From: Fimicolochytrium jonesii
Taxonomy: Eukaryota
Direction of reading: 5' to 3'
Length of the DNA stretch: 20,000 nucleotides
Assembly (NCBI RefSeq): GCF_025526975.1
Contig: NW_026515677.1
Span: forward strand, 794,246 to 814,245
Under the pieces are notes generated by a model that ran no database searches, was not told the origin of the DNA, and saw nothing but the letters and a program-made list of their open reading frames with translations. This document shows, in pieces, positions 1 through 13,796 of the stretch (positions are counted from its first letter, which is position 1; each line of letters opens with the position of its first letter). A program made the translations under genes and the position numbers.

Positions 1-341
1 TAAGATCTCGCATAGTGGTTTATGAGAGTGGCTTGCAAGGAGGAGGATGCTGAGGGGTGGTTTCTCTGAGGAAGTGTGCAGAGACTTTGAAGCGAGTGGG
101 CAACGAAAGCTGCGGAGCCTGCGTACGGGAGTAGATCGAGTGAGGGGTGCTCCAGGAAGAGAGAGTGTATGTGTGTCTGAGGGGGGGGGATGCCGATTGA
201 GCTGTGCTGTTCGTCGGCTGGTTGAGACGTTGCAGTTTGCAGGAGGGTCCTCCTTGGGTCCTCCTGTAAAGTTGCGCGGGGCTCGCTTTCCCTCTCTGCG
301 TTCTTCCCAGCGTTCTTCCCACCACCCAGAAGGCCCCCACA

Positions 342-1741
342 ATGCACAACAACAACCACTACCACCGCAGCCGCTCAAACTACACCGGCAACGCTCACAG
401 TACCCACAACAACAGCGGGCGCAACGGCCGCGGCACCACATACTCAGACTGGACCCAGGCCGACGAGGATACAATAAAACGACCCGCCCTGCCTCTCAAC
501 GGTTACGCCGACAACGAAGAAGACGAATATGAGGAAGGGGATGAGGGGTTCGAGGACGGCGCTGTGCCGGCTTCCGGCTTGCAGTATTTGAAGATGGTGA
601 GGTAAGGTGTCCAGTCGAGCGGTGGCCAGATAATCAAGGCGACCGATAGGGAGCAGGATATCGTTTTCATCCATCACACCCTCATCCATCGTCGGTCAAT
701 TCGACTTTACAGAGCACAAGCGAACGCATGCCCACAAGTGGTTCGAGTTGACTACCCATCACACAAGCAGCAGAACCACGGGCAAAATCCCACAACAACA
801 ACAATGGTCCCAGATATCCGACACCAATACTTCACGGCCCAAAACTTCCAAGCCACATCCCGACAAGCACCCACCCCACCCCACCTCCGCCCAACCCCCG
901 AATGGCTCGCCAGCTTCCTCGCCCGCTTCGAGGCCCTGCGGAGCACGCTCGCCGCCCACAGGAAAGCGCTACTGGAAAGCGGAAACATGACATCAATGTA
1001 CAAACCGCACCCCGCGAACGAACGCGCGTGGAAGACCTTTTGTTACGGCGATGGGGACGGGGAACGTGGCGCGTCTGCGGGGTCATCATTATCCGGGGCG
1101 CAAACGGCTGAAGAAGGTGGGAGCGACCACCTTGCGAAACGAAAGATCGGCCAACTGCATCTCCCCGAAACGCATGCCGCGAAACGTGCACGGATGGATC
1201 AACAGCAGGAGGGAGGAGGAGATACCACAGCTATGGACATTGATGCAGACGTGGACACGAACCAAACCGACGCATCAGAAGCAATGGAATCCATCCCGAT
1301 CCTCGAAGAAGAGGAAGAGGAAGAAGGACAATCCGTACCCACACCACCACCACGAAACGACCGCGAACCCTGTACCAACATCGTCGTGCGCCTCGAACAG
1401 GGCGAAACCATACGGCTCCTCAACTTCCACGCAAAGTGGTTGAACGAAACTACCAGTATATCCGAAGATCAGGTTCGTCCCTCCCCGTCTCCTCCCCATC
1501 CCCCTTCTTCCACTCACCCCTATCTATTTTCCAGGGGCAATGGCTCTTCGCGCTCCTCCTCCGCCTGGACCCCCTCCTCACCGCCGACGAACTAGCGATC
1601 CTCCGCATTCTGTGCAAGACGTGCCGCCGGCTCCGCAGCGCGATGGCGACGGATCTGACGCTGGAGGATCCGAGAACGGCGTCGTTGAACATGGTGGTGG
1701 CGATTGTGGGGAGGGTTTTTGGACAGTTGGATTTAAGGTAA
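342..1741 (+). CDS. GEMIN2: Gemin2/Brr1 (SMN-interacting protein 1), snRNP assembly factor; exons 342-601, 713-1472, 1535-1741
   Basis: Splicing at AG|GTAAGG (602)...TTTACAG (712) gives SGLQYLKMVRAQANACPQVVRV, matching the Gemin2 N-terminal 'YL..VR.EA..CP.VV' motif. The middle has 'PTPEWLASFLARFEALR' and 'HPANERAWKTFCYG'. After intron 1473-1534 come 'GQWLFALLLRLDPLLTADELAILRILCKTCRRLR' and 'LNMVVAIVGRVFGQLDL', matching the Gemin2 C-terminal W.YALL..L.KPL / F.Q.DL motifs. The stop overlaps a possible donor (AG|GTAAGG), so a tiny final exon cannot be excluded. Confidence 0.9.
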
Positions 1742-2426
1742 GGAGACTTGGGGCTGGGAGGGGGTTGTTTTGTGTTGTCAAGGGTTTCTCATGTTGAGCC
1801 CCGTTCTCTATTTAGTGACGACGCCGAATTCTGAAACACCCGCGATCGGCTGCTTTTCGCGACCGTAATCCACCACAACGTACGAACGAGCCGTCCCGCA
1901 CACACAACGACCGATTCGAGACCATCCAAGCAGCAGCACCCCAGCATGGGCAATGCACACTCCTTCCCTCAAGGCATCTTCCGATTAAACAGAAGCAGCG
2001 TGATGTCCCACACACATTCATCCCACCATTACGGCGGCGTATGAACGTATACGTCCATGCAGAATAGCCCGCGTTTTCCCGTTTGAGACGCAGGAACATC
2101 CCTAACGTAGGCTTGTAGCTGTAGGGAGGATATAATCTGCATACATTGCAATGCATACCCGGAACTCCTGGGCGATAAACGCATGCTTGGCCAGTGTGCA
2201 CTGCTCTGAGCCGTTCATGCCATTCATCCCGGGGATGGGGGATTTGGCGCCTGTGCGATGGCCCCCGTCGATGAAAAAAGCACAATCGCACCATCACGAG
2301 CAGGCGGGTCCGTTCGTGTATCCTTGCAGAAATGAGGGCCCTTTTGCGGGGTAAGGTGGGGTTCTTGCTCACCAAGGCTGGATATAAGATGCGGGAGTGG
2401 GTCGCGTTCATCACAGGAAGGGGAGG

Positions 2427-2995
2427 TACAGTACACTGGGTGTATAAGACGGTCGACAGACGCATTTGACGGAAATGCCAGAAGCCCAGGCCCACCTCTA
2501 CATATACCAAATGCCACTTGCGCGGGCGCAGGCGAAGTCGGATGAGATACGCAACTTCCGAAACGTCGTGAGCAATTGTCGGTGGAGGATTGTCGGTGGA
2601 GGAGGGAGTAAAAGGGGTTTTCTGCTGTAACCCCATGGCCTGATGTTCAACCTTGTTTGAAAAAAAAAATTGCTGCTCAAGTGCAACTGCGACTTCCTCG
2701 GACGACGGAAAGTTGGCGGGATAACGGGATCGCGATGGTGGAATATCTATCTTCTACTCCATTGCGTGGAGAAGATTGCCCGTTTACCGATGAAAATATA
2801 GCGATGGGGGCCATAATTTCTCACTCCCTTGCGCCTACAACCTTAATAGCTTGCTACAACCTTAATAGCTTGCTGGCCCAAAAGCCTTGAAATTTGGGGT
2901 CACGCCTGCCTCGGACAACAAAAAGCCGGCGGGGATAACGATATCGCGAGGTGCAGCCTCGTTCAACATACATACACTGGGTGTATAAGACGGTC
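2427..2995. repeat. Cluster of short dispersed direct repeats; possible degenerate pogo/Tc1-mariner-like transposon ends
   Basis: Identical 23-mer TACACTGGGTGTATAAGACGGTC at 2432-2454 and 2973-2995. The first copy reads TA|CAGTACAC..., resembling a TA target plus a CAGT-type TIR. A related motif GGCGGG(G)ATAACG..ATCGCGA occurs at ~2715 and ~2929. No inverted partner or transposase was found. Confidence 0.35.
2835..2874. repeat. 19-bp perfect tandem duplication (CTACAACCTTAATAGCTTG)x2
   Basis: Directly visible: 2835-2853 and 2854-2872, plus CT. Confidence 0.9.
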
Positions 2996-5318
2996 CGCTT
3001 TTGACTGTGCTCGGACTGGGCGAGCGTACCGTCGAGCCGCTAGCATTTTTTGCGTATTGGGATGTGGTTTTACGTTGCCCCCAATCGGCTGATGACCCAT
3101 TCTGCCAAACAGCGGCCTCGAGGGAGCCAGGGGGCACTCGAATTTGTTTCTTACAGCAGTGCTGGACCGCTCGGGAGAATAAAAGATGGGGCGAAGACGG
3201 ACTTCCCAGCCAAAGTTCAGAAAGTCAACCGTCATGAGGAACATCTTGGTCGGCATTGGTCATTGCGGTGGTCGTTTCGCCTTGCGCGGCAGGTCAGTAG
3301 TGAATCCAGTTCATTTCCCCTGGTCTGCTGGCCCCTCTTTCTGACCCCCCCTGTCAACTTGTAAGGCGGAGCGGCAGACGCGACAATTACAAGACACTTT
3401 GTTTGGGCAACACGCGAAGTCGGGGCTTACCACATCACGCGTCAACCTCGTCGCATTCGCACCCCTGCCCCCTCTGGTCCTCCTGCATAAACCAGCGTGC
3501 GGCCAATGAATACAACGCCTAGAACCCCCGCTAGAACCCGCGACTCACTTCCTCCCGTCGCCCAACACAATGCCCACCCACAGAACCTCCCCACGGTCCC
3601 CAGTAACGAAGGGCGGAAATGCAAGACTGGACCGGGGGAAGTGAACGATGTAGCAAGCGATCGGCTTCGGGGTCTGATTCGCATGGGGGTTTCGCCCAGG
3701 CAGCGCGTGCTGGGTGCGGGCTGGGGTGTTTGTGCCGTTCTTTCCCTTTGGATGGGTGGGGATCCCTTTCTCATCCCGCCTCGCTGGAGAGGTGTGGGTG
3801 TATGATAGGATCCGGACGAACCCGCATGCGTTTGGCCAGCACCCCACACTCGTGTCGGGAAACGCGCCCTGTTTCGGGGTTTTTTGCCGCACGCCCCGAA
3901 TTGGGGACTGGGCAAAGAGAGAAAGTCCTAGCGAGAAGCCCCCGAGATGTGCTGGGCAGAAAAAAAAAACGAGAACATTCGTCCCGTCCGATGGCAGAAC
4001 CGGATGGGGGCGGGTTAAAGGAGCGGGATAGGCTGAACGATGCTGTCTCGCCACTCCGGCGCAGACGATAGATTGCCGTACGGGGCGACGAGAACGCCAA
4101 CTGGAAGCGGGTGGTGGGCGCGCCGCCAGGACCTCCCTCTCGTCAAAAACCCCTTCTCGGACCCGCCCCTGCGATCGAGCAGGCGCGCCTTTTTGTTGGT
4201 CAAGCGGGCGCATCTCGTCTCTTGGTCACTACGCGTAAAGTGGGACGCGTTTTGGACGGTAACTCCGACGCTTACATACTGTACATACACTTTTCCAGCG
4301 GCCGGCGGAGACACGGGGGGGGGGTGGCAAAGGCTCCCAACGCCGTCGATACCACCCACCCAACTCGCCTCCGTTCCCGCCCATCAGAGCGGGTACTACC
4401 AAACCGTCGCTTACTGCGTCCGCCGCACGACGCCCATTTAGCATTCCCGAACGCGTTACGATTCAAACAGCCCTGTCCAAACACACCTCTAAATGGTCGG
4501 CGGGGCAGAGATGGGTTGGGACTGGGGGTTTGGGCGGGGGGGTGGGAATCGGGTGAGTCGCACGGCCCCCCACGGGCCCCGCACGGCACAAAACAACACT
4601 CTCCCGTGGGGAATCTGACAGGGCGGGGGTGGCGAGAAATGTGGTCTCCACTTACCCGTGCACGGAGACTGGCTGAAACATGCATCTTGAAAGCCAAAAA
4701 TGGGCGTGCGTCGGGGGGTCATATATAGGCGGCGCTCGGCACCCGGGGGGAGCGCCGCGAGGGGGAGATTCACGCACCCCGGAATAGGACTTTCACAATC
4801 TATGGGCGAGCTCGGTGACGGGAATGCCATGTTATGGCCACGACGGGAAAGTGCAGCATGGATCAGCAGAAAACGCAAAATGAAGAATGGAGGGAAGTGG
4901 AAATGGGGATAGCCACAGCGGGCGGGAAGAAGGAAAAAAAAAAAGAGGCACGCCCCCCCGAATAGATTACATTCCCCCCAACGAAACGAAACGGAAAAAA
5001 GCATAGAAAGGAACAACTCGAACATGAAAATGCGTTATGAGATGATGGAAAACCCCATCCTGTCCGACGGGCCGAAAAATGCCACTCAACCTCGCCCCGC
5101 TTCCCCCAAGCCCCGTCCGACAAAAGCCCTCTAGGTTTTCTCCGCGCGCCAAAATCGACATGTTCGCAAGTCGAACATCCAATCCATCACGGTCCCCCCT
5201 TCGAACAACAATTTCCCAACGATATGGCGATATGGCGTGTCGAAAACACTTTTTTTTTCGGTTTGAATTTAATGATGAAATGGTGATTCTTCCCGCGCGT
5301 AATGTGTTATATGTCAGA

Positions 5319-6794
<1,476 letters not shown>

Positions 6795-7399
6795 TGTCTC
6801 TCGGTATGACTCTCTATTTCGCTATTGCTTTTGTGTGGTGTAGCGTCTTTTGGAAGAAGCTAGGTGTTGGGTGGGTTGGAGTGTCAGTGGAGAGCCGGTT
6901 GACGAACGATCGTTGCAAAAGATTGCTGTATTGTGAGGGCACGCGTAAGTGGGAAGGAAAGCGTGGCGGGGAAAATGGAGGTGAGAAAGAAGATCCCGTT
7001 GGGGTCTGGCTGGGGGAGAGGAGCAACGAGAGTGATAAGCGTTACCTGGCAGACGCTGGTGAAGCGGTGGGGTTGAAGGTGAAGGAGGGGGTGGGGGCAG
7101 CTTGCGAGTTGCGGGATGGGGGGGGGGGGGGGTTTAGCGGCCGAGCAGCGTGCTTTGGCGGAGTGGAAGGGAGTAGGGCGGTGCGGCTGCGTGGCAGTCC
7201 TTAGCGGTACTGTAGTGAGATTGCAATGATCATCAGAGGCTCTCTTGATGGGGGGATCATATGAACTTGCGAGTCTTCTTAAGATTAGTCTGGTGCGGAC
7301 TGCGTGACCCCACGTGACCACCCTTAACCTCCCGAGTGATGCCTGCCATCTGCATGTCATCCCTCTCCCCCCGCGAAGCAGCTCATCGCGCGGCATCTG

Positions 7400-9040
7400 A
7401 CACCTGTCAACTTCTTGAAACGACTACAGACCCAACGCTCCCTTTCATCCGTTAGGGCGATGGATGGACACCGGACGAGGAATTCCGTGCGCTGTTGGTA
7501 TTTGGTGGCTTGTCGAACTCATCGGTGGAAAACCGAGCACTTTGCACTGGCAGTGGACACCTCTCGGCGCGGGAAATACCGGACCCAACGCTCGATGGAC
7601 GTGAAGATACGATAACTTTGAGCGAGGTCTGGGCGTGGGCAACCCCCGGCGGAGAAAGTCACTGGCAGGCAATCATGCAGGATCGCGCTCTCTCCACGCC
7701 GAGATGACGATGCGCCACTGTGCCATTAGTTGAGGTGCCCAACATCGACCATACTGACACTGTCGAAATTCGGGACATCGATGCTGGCCGCCTCGCTGAG
7801 TGAAGGCATTGGAACAAAGCAGTGCAGCGCAACCTTCTGGGTCACACCTCTGGTTCCGGACAATCCGAGCCGATGATTTCGTTGTGTGTACTTCAAAGCG
7901 ACAAAGTCCCAGGAGATGTGGAAACGGTCAAAGGCATACTTTGCTTATCGCCATACGCCGCTGGACAGCGGGTCCATATTTCTAATCGCCTACGCCGGCG
8001 ACTTGGATCAACTCTGGCTCCATGCATTCGGAGCCTCTGGCTGGGTGTCTTTCAAAGTGACAAATTCCCGGAACTGTGGACTTGGGAAACTTGGAGGCGG
8101 AATTAGGACGGCCTTAGAGGCAAGGGTGGCGGGTGCTTCAGGCGCGAGTTCGCCGTGAGAATCTAGTCAAACCTCCGTCGCCTTCCATGACTTTATACGC
8201 ACCTGCCTCTGCTTTGAAGATTCTCGCAGGGGGCGGCTGGCGCCATGGAAGATGGCCCAGGTACCAGGTTGGAGGACGGTCGGCGCCCGACGTTCCTGGC
8301 AAAACCTGGCAACCCAAGGATATATTCTGGGACTCTGGATGAGAAGGGACGTCCATACCGTCGAGGCCACCGACATTCCGGCACTCAGGGGATCATACAG
8401 TAGGTGGCCAAAACTGAGGTTGCGCGCGGTGGGAGGTTGCTTGGTGAAACCACAGAAGTCAGCCGCTCCCCAGCGCCCTGCATCCGCTGCTGCCGTTAAT
8501 TTCGAGATGCTGGACAAGATCTGGAAAACAAACAGTCGCTTCCTGACGGTGAACAGGAGAGCCGCCTGGGAGCCCGGCGAGTTTGCCATGTGGCTGTGCA
8601 AGGAATGATGTGTCTCGGGACGCGCGCAACCTCAGTTTTGGCCAGTCATATTTTTGATGCCTGGGCTCACCAAAGTCTTGGTGACAAGCGGACGGCTCAG
8701 AAGCCTTGCAAGCTGCTGTGATGATCGATGAACGCAGTCTACGCTCCTACGAAGCATTGTGAGAAGCCGAAGAGGGTCGCCAGATCTTTATCTCTGTGAT
8801 CAAAATCGTGAAGCAATCCCAACAGTTCGGGGAGAAATCGTGACAAGCTACTTGGACGAACCCGGAAGCCACTTGAGCAGGCGACGAAAATGGGCCTTGG
8901 GGAAATTGTTCCGGGACAAGGTTGGCCTCCCCTGCCATCGACTTGGTCCGGCACTTTCCTCTACGTTCCGAGAGCTGTGCTTACGCTTCCTAGCTCACAT
9001 TAGGCCGATGTGGGGCTCAAAGCCTCCCGTAGCGTAGTGG
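7400..9040 (+). pseudogene. Possible decayed coding sequence of unknown family
   Basis: A run of short, protein-like + strand ORF fragments (7495-7707, 7822-8106, 8252-8608, 8759-9037). The first two are in one frame, separated by in-frame TGA codons. No recognisable domain. Confidence 0.25.
8405..8644. repeat. 240-bp segment bounded by a perfect 24-bp inverted repeat
   Basis: TGGCCAAAACTGAGGTTGCGCGCG (8405-8428) and its exact reverse complement CGCGCGCAACCTCAGTTTTGGCCA (8621-8644). No clear target-site duplication. Confidence 0.85.
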
Positions 9041-11370
9041 CAACGCGTCGGACTTCTATGCGTTAGGACATCCGAAGATCGGCGGTTCGACCCCGTCCGG
9101 GAGTGCGCGATGAAGGCGTGCTGGTGTGTTGGCGGATGTGGATGCACACCATTTTGGTCTCTTTCCTCGATCGTGCGTGTATGTACGTAGCTATCGTTTT
9201 TTTTTTCATTCCGTTCGTGCCTCATTTTCGCCTCATTTTTCGTCGCTTTAAATGTACCGTACCCCGTACCCAACTACTGTACCGGCATCTCATAGGATAT
9301 CATGCATCGCCGCGGAAGTACCATGTAGCACCGGCGTACAGTACATACTATCTTGACGTCCAGCAGCCGTCGCGTCGATGTGCGCAGTTGCCAAATCAAC
9401 TTGTCATCAATGTCATCAGCGTCGTCACGGGTATATGTCCCCACTTTCTCAGCATAAGCTTTGACAGAAGAATCCGATCGGAAGCATGAAACGCTCCGTA
9501 CGGAATCTTTGAAATCTACTGACATTACCTTGATCGTGCGCAACATGCACACGTACGACCTGTCCTTCTACATTTGTGAAATGCCAGATCCGAAGACAAG
9601 CTTTTCCTGTGACCTCAGACCTGCCCCCATGCTTACACACTCATTTCAAAAACGCGTGAATTTGAACGCGTGAGTCATGATAACATAAGCAGCAATGCCG
9701 GATGAAGTTCTATCAGCCCGCAATTTGAGCGCCGTGCAGCGCGAGTTGGTGGAACCAGATGGGCTTCGCATGTTGTCTTCCTAGTTTCCCCCCAGTGACT
9801 CTCGACCACGGTCCCAGCGCAATGAGATCATCCGGATGGAATTGGTGCGATCGATTCGTGATCCAGAACACAACTGTTGGATCAAATGTGCATGGCACCG
9901 CGGCGATATATATTGCTGGGGAGATGCTGTCCATTTCCCTCTCATCTGTGGGTGGGTGCTATATTGCTTTTGTGCATCGGCCTGTGAACGAGGGTTGGAA
10001 CGAGGGTTGGGGAGCGATCTACTATGTATCGTCTGGGTGTCTGACAGTCTCTCACGGTGCCATACCCCTTCCCCACGGTTCTGCGCCTCTTGCCGTCATG
10101 CGAAATCCAGGCGGCCGAGAACGCATTTCCCCATGTCTGACGGGGCACCCAGCGCACAAAAGCAACTAAATGTCCGCTTGTGCCGCTGGTGTGATATTTG
10201 AGCCAAGGGCGATCGACCCGAATTTGTCAAGCGAGAACGTGCAAATCGGACCCTGTGGGTCCCACACGCATCCTCCCTCTGTGCCCTTTTAGGCTTGCAT
10301 GTTTCTGTCCAACACCAGCTGGCTGTGATGAGCACCAGTGTGTGATTACAATATCTCGCTCTGGCTGCTGTTGTCAGCGTGTTTTGCCCCTGGGAGTGTA
10401 TGACGATCCGGCCCCGGTCGGTGGAAGTTTATAGAGATCGTTGGGTCGAAGTACAGGGGGAGCAGCAAGAGCAGCAGCATTGCAAGGGGAAACGGAGTCC
10501 GAGAAGTCGAGTGTCTGCGTATGTAAGAAAGCTTCGCGTCCCTGAAAATGACCCCCTTTCGCCGGCTCTTCCCTTTTTTCTTACCCCTTGCTTCGCACTG
10601 GCCCTATTCGGTTTTGCACAGCCCGCCGGTCCGTTGTTTATTACTTTGGTGGTCGGGGTTGCGTCCCTCAGTGCCCAACCACCTCCTGGCCCCTTGAAAG
10701 TCCCGCTGGTCCCGCTGCGTGAACCTTCCACCCTTGCTCATCCATCAGCTGGCAGTTTTACGAACCCTTCGCCACCCAACAACGTCTTGTTCAGCGCAAG
10801 CACGTCCAGCGGGTTTGCGCCTTACAAGCGTCTTCCCCATCTGCGCTCTCTCTGCATGTTCGTGAGCATCTCTGGCCATTCCCACCTCTCACAGACGTCC
10901 AAGCGACGCGTTGGATAATAGATATCACACCCGCGCGCAGGTTGGTTTTGAGCAACGTGGGTGAGTTATTACGCATTCCCTTTGCTTGTTCCCCACGGTT
11001 CGGCGGTGGCGGGTAGGGACGCCTTCGGGCAGGGAGGAGAGCCGCCATGCGGTGGAACCCGTTGCTAACGCCAGAACCCCGTCTTCCCCACCTCATAAGA
11101 TATCTCGACGTCGGAGGACAAGCAGCAATTCGCGCAGTCGATCTGTGACGAAAGCTCAGCACCCCCCGAAATTCCCACCGACGACATCACCAACCGACGT
11201 TGACCGTCAGTTGAACGACACTCTGTAAACCCTCAGCTCTTTGAACAGTTGTATAAGTCGGCACAGTGGGCGCCCTTCCCTCCTGCCCAACGTCCTTTGA
11301 CGGGTCCGCCGACCCAGGATCGCCACCACCACCACACCACATCGCGTCTGTTAACCTCTTCCGAACCGAC

Positions 11371-12757
11371 ATGTTGGCCACCAGCTCCTACCGCACAGCG
11401 CAGTCCTACGACGGGCCCGTTGCCACCCTCCCTGCACACTCGCTTCCCGCTCGCCCTCGACCACCGTCACCGCGTTTGACGCCACCTACGAGCGTGTGCA
11501 AGGACAAACGGAGAGGCAGCAAGGGAAGCATGGGTAGACGGTCGGATTTGGCGGAGTTTTCGGAATATGGCGCTGAGATTTTCGCGTTGATGTTGGAGGC
11601 TGAGGTGAGCCTTTGTCTTTCGGTTTGGGAAGCCTTTCCCATGTTAGATGGTTCTATATTTACGCGTTGTGGCAAATGTCTCAAAGGTCAAGACGGGTGC
11701 AGACTCTTCCTTCATGAACTTGCAAAAGGAGCTCTCATGGCCCATGCGCGAAACGCTGCTTACATGGCTCGTCCAAGTACATGCGGAACACAATCTTCAA
11801 CCGGACACGCTCTACCTGACCATCAACATCATCGATCGGGTATGCGCACAAACAGTCATCAAGCGGGACACCTACCAGTTACTGGGAGCCACGGCACTAT
11901 GGATAGCAGCAAAGTACGAGGAGAACCACGGTCGCGTGCCCAACCTCAAAAGCCTGGTCCTGGTCTGCATCAACCGGTACGCGGAAGCTGATTTCCTAGG
12001 CTTCGAACGCCACATTCTTCGAGCGCTGCGGTTTGATTTAGGCCATCCCACACCCGAAGCGTTCCTGAAAGCCTACTTCTTACGGTTCATCGACGATGAT
12101 GATGCGGAGAGTAAGGAGGACGCGCCCGGCACGCCTGTACATCATGTACGAGCCGTCGCGCGGTACCTGATGGAACTGACCACGGTGTTGAGCCCGAACG
12201 GATGTATGGTTGACTCGACTTCGAGTGTCCTGGCCATGGCGGCGTTCAGACTGGGGCATGAGATCTACACGTACGCAGGGCTGAAGACGAGCCATCTCAT
12301 CAAGGATTCTCGAGAAGCTGCTGAGAATATCAATGATGATAATGTTGATCGGGCGTGTACTATCATGGAGCACTGTATTGCCAAGGGATCCGACGTTCTC
12401 CACCAAAAGGTAAGCATCTCATATGTGGTTCATTGCAGCCAAAACCGACCATAATAACCGCTTCCCCTCGCATAGTACGCAACATCCAAACACCACTGTG
12501 CGAGCCACATCGTCCAAGCCTGGTGGACACGTCGCAAAGCCAGCGCCACCCTCCACAAGCTCCAAATATCCTCGCGCACCCCGCAACGACCCATCTCCGG
12601 CAACGTGATGCACCCGCAAAGCCCCTACGTCACCGACATGGTCGACGAGGGCTACTATACCCCGACATCCGTCTACCCGGCCCACCCGCCACCGGGACTC
12701 ATCACCCCGCCGAAGGAATCGCTCCTGGGGTTTGAAGCTACTATGATCAAGTCTTGA
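11371..12757 (+). CDS. Cyclin (cyclin N + C boxes), probably fungal G1/S Cln/Puc1-like; exons 11371-11604, 11687-12409, 12476-12757
   Basis: 'SEYGAEIFALMLEAE' leads into the cyclin box 'LQKELSWPMRETLLTWLVQVH...DTLYLTINIIDR...YQLLGATALWIAAKYEENHGRVP...ERHILRALRFDLGHPTPEAFL', then 'ARYLMELT' and 'QK|YATSK'. The N-terminus is short, with no obvious D-box, and there is a Pro/Ser/Thr-rich C-tail. The start codon and the subfamily are inferred. Confidence 0.9.
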
Positions 12758-13796
12758 ATAAACATCACACCCTACACTATGATATTCGCAACAATGCCCC
12801 GCCCCATCAATGCACCGCACTTACGGTCGACCCCCTCTCACACAACACCGCTCGACTGCCAACGAATGTTTAACCCCCGCCCTTAATTTGACACTGGAGC
12901 TACAAACCTGCCTTACCAACCGGCAAGGATTCTTGGCCTTTCGACAAACCGTTCTTTTCTTGCACACAGACTTTTTCCTTTTCCGACGAACTTTGTTCCT
13001 TTCTTGTACTCATCTTTTCACATCCGCTTGTGACCCTCTTCTTGTCCCCATACTTCTCTTTTTCGCCTTGACCCCCGTGGCTGCATCGCAGCCCCCGTTA
13101 ATTCTTGTACACACCACCGTTTTTCACCATCCTGTGCTGGACACCGACCTAATCGACTCTCACTGGGACACTTATTTATTCACCCCCGTTTCTCTTTCGA
13201 ACTCTCTTGGTGCGATATGTGTACGAGACTACTTCCTTTTAGTTTGTTGTTTGTTGTGGTATACCCGTGTCTTTGGACTTTCTTGTATTCTTTCTCGTGT
13301 TTTGTGCTTGGGGCTTTTATTGCGCTTTTTTCAAAGTAAATAATTTCGATGCGTTTTCTATGGATGCTTTTGACGTGGTTTTGTCTGGACGGTTGTATCG
13401 GGTGGAGCGCGGATATGGCTTTCCTCGGCGTCCTGGCCCTCGAGCAGACATGTAACAGCCCGCCGCACACAATCTGGCTAACCTCTCGTCCCGACCGGCG
13501 TTGATGTGCACTCGCTTGACCTTTGCTTTGATGTACCTCCGTCGCCTCAACACGGGTGAGCCGTTGAGCTTCGTCGCACATTCCTGTCAATAACCCCGTC
13601 AACCGTCATAACGTAATCCAGTTCCGCCCGATGTTTTGACAGCATGAGGCGTCACACTTTGTTGATTTCTCACCGCCTGTTTGCACAATTCCATGGTTTG
13701 ATCCTGCCTTGGGTTGATATTGAGAGACGCAACCCCATATCACCACCCGCAGACTTTCCCATATCTCTCTGAAGACCATTCGAAGGACCGGAAGTA

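Noticed and set aside
2432..2995. CRISPR-like repeats
   Set aside because: Only two copies 541 bp apart in a eukaryotic context, with no cas genes.
1812..5123. Many 100-270 aa ORFs on both strands
   Set aside because: Arg/Pro/Gly-rich, overlapping in all frames and lacking domains; typical of GC-rich non-coding DNA.
9987..10010. 12-bp tandem duplication GAACGAGGGTTG x2
   Set aside because: Ordinary slippage duplication; the GGGTT resemblance to telomere repeat is too short to be meaningful.
12810..13343. 177-aa hydrophobic ORF
   Set aside because: Translation of the T-rich cyclin 3' UTR (Leu/Phe bias).
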